From: Gaiellaceae bacterium
GTDB lineage: Bacteria > Actinomycetota > Thermoleophilia > Gaiellales > Gaiellaceae
Reading direction: 5' to 3'
Length of the DNA stretch: 64,000 nucleotides
Assembly (NCBI GenBank): GCA_036394915.1
Contig: DASWEE010000144.1
Location: 17,142 to 81,141, forward strand
Shown here: one piece after another, positions 27,345-37,367 of the stretch
Layout of the letters: each line of letters starts with the position of its first letter
How positions within the stretch are numbered: position 1 is the first letter of the stretch
Program-made: the position numbers and the translations under genes
Notes under the pieces: model-generated
What the model saw: only the letters and a program-made list of their open reading frames with translations
Told to the model about the DNA's origin: nothing
Databases searched by the model: none

Positions 27345-28644
27345 CCTGTCCGACAAACTACAGGCCGCCCTCGGCGACATGCGCAAGCGCGGGAGCCTCG
27401 ACGAGGAGGCGGTTTCGCGCGCGATGCGCGAGATCCGGCTCGCGCTGCTCGAGGCGGACGTCAACTTCAAGGTCGTGAAGGAGTTCGTCGAGCGCGTCCG
27501 GGAGCGGGCGCTCGGCCAGGACGTGCTCAAGAGCCTCACCCCGGCGCAGCAGGTGGTGAAGATCGTCCACGAGGAGCTGACCGAGCTGATGGGCAGCGGC
27601 AGCTCGAAGCTGGCCTACGCGGGCAAGCCGCCGACCGTGATCCTGCTCGCGGGCCTGCAGGGCTCGGGGAAGACGACGGCCGCGGCCAAGCTCGCGCTGC
27701 TCCTTCGCAAAGAGGGCAAGGCGCCGGCGCTCGTCGCCGCCGATCTGCAGCGCCCGGCCGCGATCGACCAGCTCGAACAACTGGGGCGCCAGGTCCAGCT
27801 GCCGGTTTACACGGGAAACGGCGACGCAGTCGCCGTTTCCCTAGCAGGAGTCGAGCGGGCGGAGGCCGAGGGTAAGGACGTCGTGATCATCGACACTGCC
27901 GGACGTCACCAGGTCGACGAGGAGCTTATGAGTGAGCTAGTGCGGATTCACCGCGAGGTGAAGCCGCACAACGTCCTGCTCGTGCTCGACTCGATGACCG
28001 GCCAGGAAGCGGTCTCGGTCGCCGAGGCGTTCCAGCAGCGAGTGGCATTCGACGGCGTCGTTCTGACGAAGCTCGACGGCGACGCGCGCGGCGGTGCGGC
28101 GCTCTCCGTCAAGGCCGTCACCGGCAAGCCGATCAAGCTCGCCTCCGTGGGCGAGAAGCTCGACCAGCTCGAGTACTTCCATCCCGACCGGATGGCGTCC
28201 CGGATCCTCGGCATGGGCGACGTCCTCAGCCTGGTCGAGAAGGCGGAGGCCGTGGTCGAGGAGGACGAGCAGGCGCAGTTGGAGCAGCGGCTGCGCGCGG
28301 GCGAGTTCAGCTTCGACGATTTCCTCGCCAGCTACCGGATGCTGCGGCGGATGGGGCCGCTCAAGGGCGTGCTCTCGATGATCCCCGGGATGGGGAAGCA
28401 GCTGCAAGGATTGGACATCGACGAGCGCGAGCTGGCGCGAGTCGAGGCGATCATTCTCTCGATGACCCCGGGAGAGCGGTCGCGGCCCCACATGATCAAC
28501 GGCTCGCGCCGGCTGCGGATCGCAAAAGGAAGCGGCGTCACCGTCCAGCAGGTCAACCAGCTGCTGACGGCACGCAAGCAGATGGAGAAGATGATGAAGC
28601 AGTTGGGAAAAGGCAAGATTCCGGCTCTACCCGGACTAGGCTAG
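27334..28644 (+). CDS. ffh: Signal recognition particle protein Ffh
   Basis: 'MFDTLSDKL', '[15 protein letters not shown]', 'DTAGRH', Met-rich M domain. The track ORF from 27196 includes upstream junk. Confidence 0.95.
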   Translation: MFDTLSDKLQAALGDMRKRGSLDEEAVSRAMREIRLALLEADVNFKVVKEFVERVRERALGQDVLKSLTPAQQVVKIVHEELTELMGSGSSKLAYAGKPPTVILLAGLQGSGKTTAAAKLALLLRKEGKAPALVAADLQRPAAIDQLEQLGRQVQLPVYTGNGDAVAVSLAGVERAEAEGKDVVIIDTAGRHQVDEELMSELVRIHREVKPHNVLLVLDSMTGQEAVSVAEAFQQRVAFDGVVLTKLDGDARGGAALSVKAVTGKPIKLASVGEKLDQLEYFHPDRMASRILGMGDVLSLVEKAEAVVEEDEQAQLEQRLRAGEFSFDDFLASYRMLRRMGPLKGVLSMIPGMGKQLQGLDIDERELARVEAIILSMTPGERSRPHMINGSRRLRIAKGSGVTVQQVNQLLTARKQMEKMMKQLGKGKIPALPGLG

Positions 28645-28651
28645 GAGGCAG

Positions 28652-28894
28652 ATGGCAGTTCACATGAGATTGACCCGCGTCGGCTCGAAGAAGAATCCGA
28701 TCTACCGCGTCGTGGTGGCCGACTCGCGCTCGCCGCGCGACGGCAGGTTCCTCGAGATCGTCGGGCGCTACAACCCGCAGACGGAACCGTCGACGATCGA
28801 GCTCGACGAGGCGAAGGTGAAGGACTGGCTCGGGAAAGGCGCCCAGCCGTCGGCTGCTGTGTCGAAGCTGCTGAAAATCAAGAACATTGGCTGA
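28652..28894 (+). CDS. rpsP: 30S ribosomal protein S16
   Basis: '[35 protein letters not shown]'. Confidence 0.95.
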   Translation: MAVHMRLTRVGSKKNPIYRVVVADSRSPRDGRFLEIVGRYNPQTEPSTIELDEAKVKDWLGKGAQPSAAVSKLLKIKNIG

Positions 28895-29120
28895 ACTGCT
28901 CGAGTACCTCGCGCGCCAGCTCGTCGACGACCCCGACTCCGTCCAGGTGGAGAGGGTGGAGGACGAGGACGGCGCCGTCGTCCTCCGGCTCCAGGTCGCC
29001 GACGACGACGTCGGCAAGGTGATCGGACGCCAGGGCAGGATCGCCCGGTCGCTGCGCACGATCATCAGGGCGTGCGCCGCCGGCGAGGGCCGGCGAGTGC
29101 AGCTGGAAATCGCCGGTTGA
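28887..29120 (+). CDS. KH domain RNA-binding protein (YlqC/UPF0109)
   Basis: '[18 protein letters not shown]'. Conserved position after rpsP. Confidence 0.85.
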   Translation: MAELLEYLARQLVDDPDSVQVERVEDEDGAVVLRLQVADDDVGKVIGRQGRIARSLRTIIRACAAGEGRRVQLEIAG

Positions 29121-29794
29121 GAGTCGCGGCGCTCTTCGACATCCACGGCAACCTGCCCGCGCTCGAGGCCGTTCTCGAGGAGGCGGAGGCCGACCTGCTG
29201 GTGGCCGGCGGCGACGTGACCGGAGGGGCCTTTCCCGCCGACACCGTCGAGCGGCTGCGGGCGCTCGGCGACGGCGTCCGCTGGCTGCGCGGAAACCTCG
29301 AGCGGGAGCTGGTCGAGCTGCCTCCGCCCAGAGAGGCGGGACCGCCGCCTGGGGAGCTCGAGCGCATTCGCAAGTCGCTGACCGAGGAGCAGCTCGCGTT
29401 CCTGTACGGCCTGCCCCAGCAGGTCGAGCTGGACGTCGACGGCCTCGGACGGGTGCTGTTCTGCCACGCCACACCGCGGAATGACGTGGAGATCGTCACT
29501 CAGCTGACGCCCGACGAGCGGTTGGGGCGAATCCTCGAAGGCGTGGCCGCGGACGTCGTCGTCGCCGGCCACACGCACATGCAGGACGATCGACGTGTAG
29601 CCGGGATCCGCTGGATCAACGCCGGCAGCGTCGGGATGCCGTACGAGGACTCGGCCGGTGCCTACTGGGCACTGCTGGGCCCGGAGGTGGAGCTGCGGCG
29701 ATCCGGCTATGACGCGGCCGCTCTGGGCGGGTACGAGTATCCGCACGCTTCGAGGCAGGAAGCGGCTGAGTATTTCGAGAGCCTGACCCGGTGA
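29117..29794 (+). CDS. Metallophosphoesterase family protein
   Basis: '[11 protein letters not shown]', 'GGD', 'CHATP', 'VVVAGHTH'. TTG 29117 overlaps the KH stop; the track ORF starts at 29072. Confidence 0.8.
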   Translation: MRVAALFDIHGNLPALEAVLEEAEADLLVAGGDVTGGAFPADTVERLRALGDGVRWLRGNLERELVELPPPREAGPPPGELERIRKSLTEEQLAFLYGLPQQVELDVDGLGRVLFCHATPRNDVEIVTQLTPDERLGRILEGVAADVVVAGHTHMQDDRRVAGIRWINAGSVGMPYEDSAGAYWALLGPEVELRRSGYDAAALGGYEYPHASRQEAAEYFESLTR

Positions 29795-30258
29795 GCGACG
29801 AGCGAGTCATGGTCGGTCGCGTGGGCCGCCCACACGGGCTTACGGGCGCGTTCGTCGTCGAACACGCGAGTGAGGCGCCCGAGCGGTTCGCGGTCGGAGC
29901 GGAGCTGCTCGCCGGCGGTGAGCCGGCCCGCGTGGTCGAGTCGAAGCGGGCGGGAGGGCGGCTCGTCGTCCGCCTCGACCATCCCGTTGAGCGCGGCGCG
30001 GCACTCGAGATCCCTCGCGCCGAGCTCCCGCCGCCAGACGCAGACTCCTACTACGTCTCCGACCTCGCCGGGCTCGATGTGGTCGAGGAAGGGGGACAGT
30101 CCCTCGGGCGTGTGACCGATGTGGCGCCGGGGATTGCGAACGACGTGATCGAGCTGGATTCCGGCCTCCTGCTTCCCTTCGTCGAGGCGTGCGTGCGCGA
30201 GGTCGATCTCGAACGGCGCCGGATCGTTGTCGCTCCTGGCTTCGCAGACCACGGGTAA
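29791..30258 (+). CDS. rimM: Ribosome maturation factor RimM
   Basis: '[14 protein letters not shown]', PRC-barrel C-terminus. Confidence 0.85.
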   Translation: MSDERVMVGRVGRPHGLTGAFVVEHASEAPERFAVGAELLAGGEPARVVESKRAGGRLVVRLDHPVERGAALEIPRAELPPPDADSYYVSDLAGLDVVEEGGQSLGRVTDVAPGIANDVIELDSGLLLPFVEACVREVDLERRRIVVAPGFADHG

Positions 30259-30269
30259 CCTCAGGTTCC

Positions 30270-30929
30270 TTGCAGCTCGACGTGTTCACCCTCATCCCGC
30301 AGGCCTTCGGCTGGCTGACGGAGCAGCGGCCCGTCGCTGCGGTGCTCGGCCGCAGCCTGGACCTGCGCCTGTTCAACTACCGCGACGCAACTCCACTTCG
30401 CGCGGCTCAGGTCGACGACGAGCCCTACGGAGGCGGGCCGGGGATGGTGCTCCGCGTGGACGTCGTCGCTGCCGCCCTCGACGCCGTCTACGGCGGCGTC
30501 CCCGACCATCGCGTCGTCGCGCTGACGCCTCAGGGACGCCAGCTCGACCAGCAGGTCGTCGAGGAGCTCGCGTCCGAGGAGCGGCTCACGCTGCTGTCGG
30601 CGCGGTTCGAGGGCTTCGACGAGCGGATCGTGACGCACCTCGCCTCTGACGCGATCTCGATCGGGCCGTACGTCCTCTCGGGCGGTGAGCTGCCGGCGAT
30701 GGTGATCTTGGATGCGGTCGCGCGACGGCTGCCGGGTGCCCTCGGGAGCGAGGAGTCCGGCCTGGTGGAGAGCTTCTCGGCCGAGCTGGGAGGAGGGCTC
30801 GAGTATCCGCACTACACCCGCCCGGCCGAGTTCCGCGGTTGGTCCGTTCCAGAGGTTCTCCTCTCCGGAGATCATGCGCGGATCGAGGAGTGGCGCCGCG
30901 AGCAGAGCCGTAGCAGGAGTCTCGCGTGA
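30270..30929 (+). CDS. trmD: tRNA (guanine37-N1)-methyltransferase TrmD
   Basis: '[13 protein letters not shown]', '[13 protein letters not shown]', '[11 protein letters not shown]', '[11 protein letters not shown]'. TTG 30270 chosen as start. Confidence 0.9.
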   Translation: MQLDVFTLIPQAFGWLTEQRPVAAVLGRSLDLRLFNYRDATPLRAAQVDDEPYGGGPGMVLRVDVVAAALDAVYGGVPDHRVVALTPQGRQLDQQVVEELASEERLTLLSARFEGFDERIVTHLASDAISIGPYVLSGGELPAMVILDAVARRLPGALGSEESGLVESFSAELGGGLEYPHYTRPAEFRGWSVPEVLLSGDHARIEEWRREQSRSRSLA

Positions 30930-31906
30930 AGGACCCATACGCGGTTCTCGGCGTCCCGCGCGACGCCTCTGACGCGCAGATCCGGTTCGCCTACCGGCAG
31001 GCCGTCCGCAACTCCGGGGCCGACGACTCCTCGTCGGTGGACGTTAAGGAGCGGCTGCACGAGCTGGAGGAGGCCTACAAGGTGCTCACCGACCCGCGCA
31101 AGCGGCGGGCGTACGGCGGGATCTCCGTGCCCGAGACCCGGCACGCGCTCAAGCCCACGACCGTCCCGCCCGTCCTCAAGGAGGCGGAGAAGCTCCCGCG
31201 CAACCCGGTCGCCCGACTGACGCACAAGCTGCCGCGGCCCTACCGGATCGCGCTCGACTGGGTCCTCACGATCGCCGGCGCCGTTGCGATCGTGCTCGCG
31301 ATCAAGGCCTGGGTCGTCAACCCGTACCGCATCCCGTCCTCCTCGATGGAGCCGACGCTGCACTGCGCGCGGGGGAGCAGCCAGTCCAACAACGGCTGCG
31401 AGGCCCACTTCTCAGACCGCGTGCTCGCCAACCGGTTCATCTATCATTTCCGCGATCCGCATCGGGGCGAGATCGTGGTCTTCAACACGCCGCCGAGAGC
31501 CAAGATCGAGTGTGGGGCCGGCGGGACGTTCGTCAAGCGGCTGATCGGGCTGCCGGGTGAACGGGTCCAGGAGAAGAACGGGTTCTTCTACATCAACGGG
31601 AAGAAGATCGACGACACGGGCTACATCAAACCGGGTCGGCGGGACGACCGGACGGACGGCGGCCGGACGATTCCCAAGAACTCCTACTTCTTCGTCGGCG
31701 ATAACCGGACGCAGTCGTGCGATTCCCGCCGCTGGGGCTCGGTCCCGCGCGGAAATCTGATCGGGCCGGTGTTTGCGATCTACTGGCCCCCGACCCGGCT
31801 CCACGTCGATACGCCCGGTCCGGTCGGCGCCGTCATCCTCGCGATCATCGGCGGTGTCGTGATCGTCCTGATCGGCTTGGCCGTTCGGCGAAGGCGGGTT
31901 CGCTAG
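30926..31906 (+). CDS. lepB: Signal peptidase I with N-terminal J-like domain and extra C-terminal TM helix
   Basis: SPase I boxes '[10 protein letters not shown]', 'GEIVVF', '[10 protein letters not shown]', '[14 protein letters not shown]'. N-terminus '[23 protein letters not shown]...[19 protein letters not shown]'. Confidence 0.85.
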   Translation: MKDPYAVLGVPRDASDAQIRFAYRQAVRNSGADDSSSVDVKERLHELEEAYKVLTDPRKRRAYGGISVPETRHALKPTTVPPVLKEAEKLPRNPVARLTHKLPRPYRIALDWVLTIAGAVAIVLAIKAWVVNPYRIPSSSMEPTLHCARGSSQSNNGCEAHFSDRVLANRFIYHFRDPHRGEIVVFNTPPRAKIECGAGGTFVKRLIGLPGERVQEKNGFFYINGKKIDDTGYIKPGRRDDRTDGGRTIPKNSYFFVGDNRTQSCDSRRWGSVPRGNLIGPVFAIYWPPTRLHVDTPGPVGAVILAIIGGVVIVLIGLAVRRRRVR

Positions 31907-31939
31907 CATTCGACGACGGCCTGCGGGCCGTTCTTTCCG

Positions 31940-32521
31940 ATGAGTCGCGTGATCGAGTCAATCGAGCGGCGCCAGCTGCGCAGCGACCTGCCTCAGTTCA
32001 AGGCGGGCGACACCGTGCGCGTCCACTTCCAGGTGATCGAGGGCCAGCGGCGCCGGCTGCAGGTGTTCGAGGGGATCGTGATCAAGCGGCAGGGCGCCGG
32101 TGTGCACGAGACGTTCACGGTTCGCAAGCAGTCGTTCGGGGTCGGGGTCGAGCGGACGTTCCCACTCCATTCGCCGAAGATCGAGAAGATCGAGGTGATG
32201 GCGATCGGCGACGTCAGCCGCGCCAAGCTCTACTACCTGCGCGAGAAGGTCGGAAAGCGTGCGCGCGTGCGGACGAAGGCTGGTGCGGTGATCGCCCCGC
32301 CGCCGGCCGCAGCCGCCGGGGAGCCCGCTGAGGCCTCCGAAAGCGGCGAGGAAGAGCTCGAGGGCGAGGCGCAGGCGGAGGAGCTCGAGGGCGAGGCAGA
32401 GGAGCTCGAGGCCGAGCCCGAGGCGGAAGCCAAAGCAAAGGCGGAAGCCGAGCCAACCGCCGCGGGAACGCGATTCCGCCGAGTCAGAGCGCGAATAGAG
32501 CAGAAGCCTCCCGAGCTCTAG
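31940..32521 (+). CDS. rplS: 50S ribosomal protein L19 with ~75-aa acidic C-terminal extension
   Basis: '[50 protein letters not shown]', then E/A/P-rich extra sequence. Confidence 0.9.
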   Translation: MSRVIESIERRQLRSDLPQFKAGDTVRVHFQVIEGQRRRLQVFEGIVIKRQGAGVHETFTVRKQSFGVGVERTFPLHSPKIEKIEVMAIGDVSRAKLYYLREKVGKRARVRTKAGAVIAPPPAAAAGEPAEASESGEEELEGEAQAEELEGEAEELEAEPEAEAKAKAEAEPTAAGTRFRRVRARIEQKPPEL

Positions 32522-32708
32522 TCCCGAACGCGGTTTTACGCAAGGAAACCCCACCCAGGGTGGGGAGTCGTCCACCCGCCACCCGCGGCTGATCGTACCT
32601 GCCAAGTCCGTACATGTCTGTGCCGGAAGCGTGCCGAATGACGCACGTTGCGAACTCGGCACGAAGCGGACTCACAGCCGCGGCCGTGATCGGGCTATCC
32701 TCGCGGAC

Positions 32709-33377
32709 GTGCCCGTGCGCACCGGCCAGAAGCTCCTCCGGTTCGACCGCAAGCTCGGCGTCCGCTATGTCGCCGGCGCGGACGAGGCGGGCCGCGGCTC
32801 TCTCGCCGGTCCGCTCGTCGTCGCCGGCGTGCTGCTCGACTACGCCTGTCTCCGCAACCACCGCGTCCGCCCGCTCGGGTTTCTGAACGACTCCAAGCAG
32901 GTCTCTCCGGTCGAACGCGAGGAGCTCTTCCGCGCCGTCGTCGGTTGTGCGGAGCGCGTCGTCGTGCGCGTGATCTCGTCCGACCAGATCGACCGCCACG
33001 GGCTGCACCGCATGAACCTCGCGGGGCTCCGGTCGGCACTCCATGCTCTCTCGCCGCCGGCCGAGGTCTGCCTCGTCGACGGCTTCCGCCTCGGCCCGCA
33101 GGCCCCAGAGCACAAGGCCGTCGTCGACGGGGACGAGCGAAGCGCGGCGATCGCGGCCGCCTCGATCGTGGCCAAGGTCGTCCGTGACCGCGCCATGCGC
33201 CGGATGGACGCGCTCTATCCGCACTACGGCTTCGCCTCGCACGTCGGCTACATCACGCCCGGCCACTCCGCCAAGGTGCGCGAGCGCGGCCCCTCCGACA
33301 TCCATCGCCGCTCGTTCCAGGCGCTGTGCTACCTGTCCGAGGAAGAGGCTCGGGCCCGCGTCGAGCAAGCCACGTAG
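32709..33377 (+). CDS. rnhB: Ribonuclease HII
   Basis: 'GADEAGRGSLAGPLV', 'DSKQ', 'ASIVAKV'. GTG 32709 chosen as start. Confidence 0.9.
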   Translation: MPVRTGQKLLRFDRKLGVRYVAGADEAGRGSLAGPLVVAGVLLDYACLRNHRVRPLGFLNDSKQVSPVEREELFRAVVGCAERVVVRVISSDQIDRHGLHRMNLAGLRSALHALSPPAEVCLVDGFRLGPQAPEHKAVVDGDERSAAIAAASIVAKVVRDRAMRRMDALYPHYGFASHVGYITPGHSAKVRERGPSDIHRRSFQALCYLSEEEARARVEQAT

Positions 33378-33706
33378 CGGCCGGGCGAGCGGCCGAGCGC
33401 CGCGCCCGCCGCTACTACCGGCTGCGCGGCTACCGGATCCTCGCGGCCAACGTGCGGGCCGGGCGGAACGAGCTCGACCTCGTCGTCCGGCGAGGCTCTC
33501 AGCTGGTCTTCTGCGAGGTGAAGATGAAATCCGGGGACGGGTACGGCGACCCCGCCGCCATGGTCGGCCCGGAGAAAGAGCGCCGGCTCCGCCGCGTGGC
33601 ACAGGCGTGGCTCGCTGGACGGCCGGAGCTCGCGGCGCTCGAGATCTCCTTCGACGTAGTTGCCGTCCACGCCGGCCGGATCGAGCGGCTGCGGAACGTC
33701 TTCTAG
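33326..33706 (+). CDS. yraN: YraN family (UPF0102) PD-(D/E)XK endonuclease-like protein
   Basis: 'AERRARRYYRLRGYRILAANVRAGRNELDLVVRRGSQLVFCEVK'. Start uncertain. Confidence 0.8.
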   Translation: MLPVRGRGSGPRRASHVAAGRAAERRARRYYRLRGYRILAANVRAGRNELDLVVRRGSQLVFCEVKMKSGDGYGDPAAMVGPEKERRLRRVAQAWLAGRPELAALEISFDVVAVHAGRIERLRNVF

Positions 33707-33740
33707 GGGGACTCTCGCCCGCGCCGTAGAACTCGCCTGC

Positions 33741-34856
33741 GTGGCCCCGACGCAGGAAGCGCTCTACCGCGACATCGACCTCGAGCTCTCTTGGTCGGAG
33801 AGCGAGCTCCCCGAGCGAGAGCGGACAAAGCACGTCCACCGCCTGCATCCCTACCTCGGAAAGTTCATCCCTCAGCTCGTCGAAGTACTGCTCGCTCGCC
33901 ACTTTCGCCCGGGCCGGCACGTGCTCGACCCATTTGCAGGCTCGGGGACGACTCTCGTGCAGGCGCTCGAGAGCGGCATGGCCGCCACCGGAATCGACGT
34001 CGCCGCCTTCAACTGCCTGCTGATGAGCGTGAAGACCCGGCGCTACAACCTGTTCGTCCTCGAGCGGGAGCTGCGAGACGTCGTCCGGCGGCTGGACCGC
34101 CTCCCCGCGCGCTCGGCGCGGCCGAACAGGTACGTGCGCGACTGGTTCGCACCGGCCGCAGCGGCAGAGCTGCTCGCTTTCCGCTCCCTGATCCCCGAGT
34201 ACGAGCACGAGGACGTCCTGCGCGTGGTGCTCGCCCGCGCGGCCCGGTCCGCCCGGCGCACCACGCACTTCGACCTCGACTTCCCCCGGGAGCCCCAGAC
34301 CGAGCCGTACTGGTGCTACAAGCACAAGCGCATCTGCCGTCCGGTCGAGGCGGCCCTCCCGTTCCTTCGCCGCTACGCGCTCGACACGCTTGCCCGGATC
34401 AAGGAGTTCGCCCGTGCCCGCGCGCGCGTCTGCGAGGCGGAGGTTCTTCACGGGGATTCGCGCGAGCTTGCCTTCGAGTGCCGCTTCGACGGGATCGTGA
34501 CGTCGCCGCCGTATCCCGGCCTGATCGACTACCACGAGCAGCACCGCTACGCCTACGAGCTGCTCGGGCTCGACGACCGCCGCAGGCTCGAAGTCGGGCC
34601 GGCCGCCGGCGGGACGAGCCGTGCCGCCGTCGCTGCCTACGCGGACGGAGTCGTGGCCGTGCTCGCAAACCTGCTCCCGTCGCTTCGCCGCGGCGCACCG
34701 GTGCTGATCGTGGTCAACGACCGCCGAGATCTCTATCCGGAGATCCTCGACCGCGCCGGGCTACGGGTGGAGGAGCGGTTGCGCCGCCATGTCAACCGGC
34801 GCACGGGGCGGCGGGCAGGCGAGTATTTCGAGGACGTTCTCGTCGCGCGACTTTAG
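33741..34856 (+). CDS. Amino-methyltransferase of the N6A/N4C DNA-methylase type (motif I then motif IV), no cognate nuclease seen
   Basis: 'HRLHPYLGKFIPQLV', motif I 'VLDPFAGSGTT', motif IV 'IVTSPPYPG' ~190 aa downstream. GTG 33741 chosen as start; the ORF is open from 33660. Confidence 0.7.
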   Translation: MAPTQEALYRDIDLELSWSESELPERERTKHVHRLHPYLGKFIPQLVEVLLARHFRPGRHVLDPFAGSGTTLVQALESGMAATGIDVAAFNCLLMSVKTRRYNLFVLERELRDVVRRLDRLPARSARPNRYVRDWFAPAAAAELLAFRSLIPEYEHEDVLRVVLARAARSARRTTHFDLDFPREPQTEPYWCYKHKRICRPVEAALPFLRRYALDTLARIKEFARARARVCEAEVLHGDSRELAFECRFDGIVTSPPYPGLIDYHEQHRYAYELLGLDDRRRLEVGPAAGGTSRAAVAAYADGVVAVLANLLPSLRRGAPVLIVVNDRRDLYPEILDRAGLRVEERLRRHVNRRTGRRAGEYFEDVLVARL

Positions 34857-34905
34857 ACACGAAGGAGTCTCCCAGACGTACGAATTTCCCGACTAGGTTC
34901 GGTGT

Positions 34906-36363
34906 GTGCTTGCACGCGCGACCACCCATGCCCTGGTCGGACTCGAGCCCCGCCGCGTCGAGGTGGAAGCCCACCTGCCCGGCGGCCTGCCGGGGTTCAC
35001 CATCGTCGGGCTTGCCGACCGGGCCTGCCAGGAGGCGAAGGAACGGGTCCGCAGCGGAATAGCCTCGGCCGAGCTTTCCTGGCCAAAGGGGCGGGTGATC
35101 GTCAACCTCGCTCCGGCCGGCCTGCGCAAGGAGGGTTCCGCGTTCGATCTCTCGATCGCGCTTGCGATCCTCGCCGCCTCCGGACAGGTCGACCCCACAG
35201 TCCTCGCAGAGCACGCCGTCTTTGGAGAAGTCGCTCTGGACGGCCGCATCCGGCCGGTCGGGGGCGTGCTCGCCGTCGCCGAGGGGGCGCGCAAGCTGGG
35301 GCTCGAGCGGCTGCTCTGTCCGGCGGCGGTCTCGCCGGAGGCGGCACTCGCGGGCATCGAGGCGATCCCGCTCCGCCATTTGGCCGAAGCAGTCTGTTAC
35401 CTCCGCGGAGACGGCCGCCCGCCGCCTTACATTCCTCCGAACGGCCACCGGCCGGTCTCCCCGGCTCCCGATCTCGCCGACGTGCGCGGCCAGGAGCGGG
35501 CCCGGCGTGCGCTCGAGCTCGCCGCTGCCGGCAGGCACAACCTGCTGCTCGCGGGCCCGCCCGGGACGGGCAAGACGATGCTCGGCCGCAGGCTGCCCGG
35601 CATCCTGCCGAAGCTCGGACGGGAGGAGGCGCTGGAGGTAACGCGCATCCATTCCGTGGCCGGCGTGCTTCCGCGCGACCATGTCCTGATCGAGGCGCCG
35701 CCTTTCCGTGCCCCGCACCACAGCGCCTCTGCGGCTGCGATCGTCGGCGGCGGGCCCGGCCCTCGTCCCGGCGAGGCGAGCCTGGCCCACCGCGGCGTCC
35801 TCCTGCTGGACGAGTTCCCGGAGTTCCAGCGCCCCGTGCTCGAAGCCCTCCGCCAGCCGCTCGAGGACGGAACGATCTGTATTGCCCGGGCGACGGGCCA
35901 GGCCGTCTTCCCGGCCCGCTTCCAGCTCGTCGCGACCATGAACCTGTGCCCGTGCGGGGGCCGGGCCGACCCGGCCGCCGAGTGCTCGTGCTCGGCGCAG
36001 CAACTCGCCCGCTTCCGGGCCAAGCTCTCGCACGCGCTGCTCGATCGCTTCGACCTCGTCGTGACCGTGCCGCGGCCGCGGGCCGAGGAGCTCTCGGCCG
36101 GCCCGTCCGAGGGCTCGAGCGAGGTTCGCGCCCGCGTGGACAGCGCAAGGATCCGGCTCGATGCGGGGCCGCTTCCGCGGACCGGCGAAGCGGACGCGCT
36201 CCTCGATCGCGCGGTCGAGCGTCTGCCGCTTTCCGCGCGTGGCCGAGCGCGGGTCGCCCGCGTGGCCGCGACGGCGGCGGCGCTCGCCGGAGGCGAACAG
36301 GTGAGCGGCGAGCACGTAGCGGAAGCGCTCGCGTATCGCTCGCCGAGGGAGCTGACCTCATGA
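34906..36363 (+). CDS. comM: YifB/ComM Mg-chelatase-like AAA+ protein
   Basis: Lon-like N-domain 'LPGFTIVGL', 'GPPGTGKTML', 'HRGVLLLDEFPEF', 'LDRFDL'. Confidence 0.9.
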   Translation: MLARATTHALVGLEPRRVEVEAHLPGGLPGFTIVGLADRACQEAKERVRSGIASAELSWPKGRVIVNLAPAGLRKEGSAFDLSIALAILAASGQVDPTVLAEHAVFGEVALDGRIRPVGGVLAVAEGARKLGLERLLCPAAVSPEAALAGIEAIPLRHLAEAVCYLRGDGRPPPYIPPNGHRPVSPAPDLADVRGQERARRALELAAAGRHNLLLAGPPGTGKTMLGRRLPGILPKLGREEALEVTRIHSVAGVLPRDHVLIEAPPFRAPHHSASAAAIVGGGPGPRPGEASLAHRGVLLLDEFPEFQRPVLEALRQPLEDGTICIARATGQAVFPARFQLVATMNLCPCGGRADPAAECSCSAQQLARFRAKLSHALLDRFDLVVTVPRPRAEELSAGPSEGSSEVRARVDSARIRLDAGPLPRTGEADALLDRAVERLPLSARGRARVARVAATAAALAGGEQVSGEHVAEALAYRSPRELTS

Positions 36364-37358
36364 GCGAGCTCGCGCTTGCAGCCTTCGCGGCGGAGACGGG
36401 ATCGCATCTGGTCTCAGCACCACGCAACGCCCGCTTTGCGCGGTTCTCGCGCAACTTCGACGCAGCGGCCTACACGTCGAGCCTTGCCGAGCGCGGCTTC
36501 CGGTTCATCGGTCGGTCGGACAAGGGCTTCCCGCCGCTCCTTGACGCGATCCATGATCCGCCGCCGGGCCTGTTCCTCCGCGGAGGCGGCGACGCAGAGT
36601 TGCTCGCCCGGCCGTTGGTCGCCGTGGTCGGAGCCCGAGCCTGCTCGGCCTACGGATCCCACGTTGCCCGACTGCTCGGCCGCGAGCTCGCCCAGGCCGG
36701 CCTGGTTGTCGTGAGCGGGATGGCCCGAGGGATCGACGGCGAGGCCCACCGAGGCGCGCTCGAGGCCGGCGGGATTACCGTCGCCGTCCTTGGCTGTGGG
36801 GTCGACCGCGACTACCCGGCCGCGCACGCCTCGCTCGCGCGCGGCATCGAGGAGGCAAGCCTCGTCGTCTCCGAGTACGCGCCTGGGGTCGAGCCGGCGC
36901 CGTGGCGGTTCCCGGCCCGCAACCGGATCATCGCGGGCCTGGCTCAGGCGACCGTCGTCGTCGAGGCACGTGAGCGAAGCGGGGCGCTCATCACCGCCGA
37001 CCTCGCGCTCGAGGAAGGAAGGGAGGTCTTCGCCGTGCCGGGCGAGATCACCTCCGGACTGTCGGCGGGTACGAACGGGCTGCTCCGCCTAGGTGCGACA
37101 CCGGTCACTTCGACTCTCGACGTCCTCGAGCGCTTCGGGCTCGAGCCGGCGCCGCCGGTCCAGGCCGAGCCGACGCTCGATCCGAGATCGAAGCAGGTGT
37201 ACGAGCGGCTTCGGGACGGGCCGGCGAGCGCCGACGAGCTCACGCGGGCGACGGGGCTTCCCGCACCTGCGCTCTCGATGGTGCTCACCTTCCTGGAGAT
37301 GGCGGGGCTAGTCGTGGAGGGCGAGGGCGCCTATCGGGTGGTGATGTCGCCGGGATAG
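36360..37358 (+). CDS. dprA: DNA processing protein DprA
   Basis: 'VAVVGARACSAYG', 'VVSGMARGIDGEAHRGAL', 'RNRIIAGL', C-terminal winged helix. ATGA overlap with comM. In the track it is hidden inside an 818-aa read-through ORF. Confidence 0.9.
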   Translation: MSELALAAFAAETGSHLVSAPRNARFARFSRNFDAAAYTSSLAERGFRFIGRSDKGFPPLLDAIHDPPPGLFLRGGGDAELLARPLVAVVGARACSAYGSHVARLLGRELAQAGLVVVSGMARGIDGEAHRGALEAGGITVAVLGCGVDRDYPAAHASLARGIEEASLVVSEYAPGVEPAPWRFPARNRIIAGLAQATVVVEARERSGALITADLALEEGREVFAVPGEITSGLSAGTNGLLRLGATPVTSTLDVLERFGLEPAPPVQAEPTLDPRSKQVYERLRDGPASADELTRATGLPAPALSMVLTFLEMAGLVVEGEGAYRVVMSPG

Positions 37359-37367
37359 CATCACGCC

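Noticed and set aside
33326-34856. YraN (PD-(D/E)XK fold) plus the adjacent methyltransferase as a type II restriction-modification pair.
   Set aside because: YraN followed by comM/yifB is a ubiquitous housekeeping arrangement, and the YraN here has the standard UPF0102 sequence and size. Adjacency alone does not support an R-M system.
34902-36359. N-terminal 485 codons of the 818-aa ORF 34902..37358.
   Set aside because: It is an off-frame read-through of comM (Arg/Pro-rich junk). Only the part from ATG 36360 is real, as dprA.
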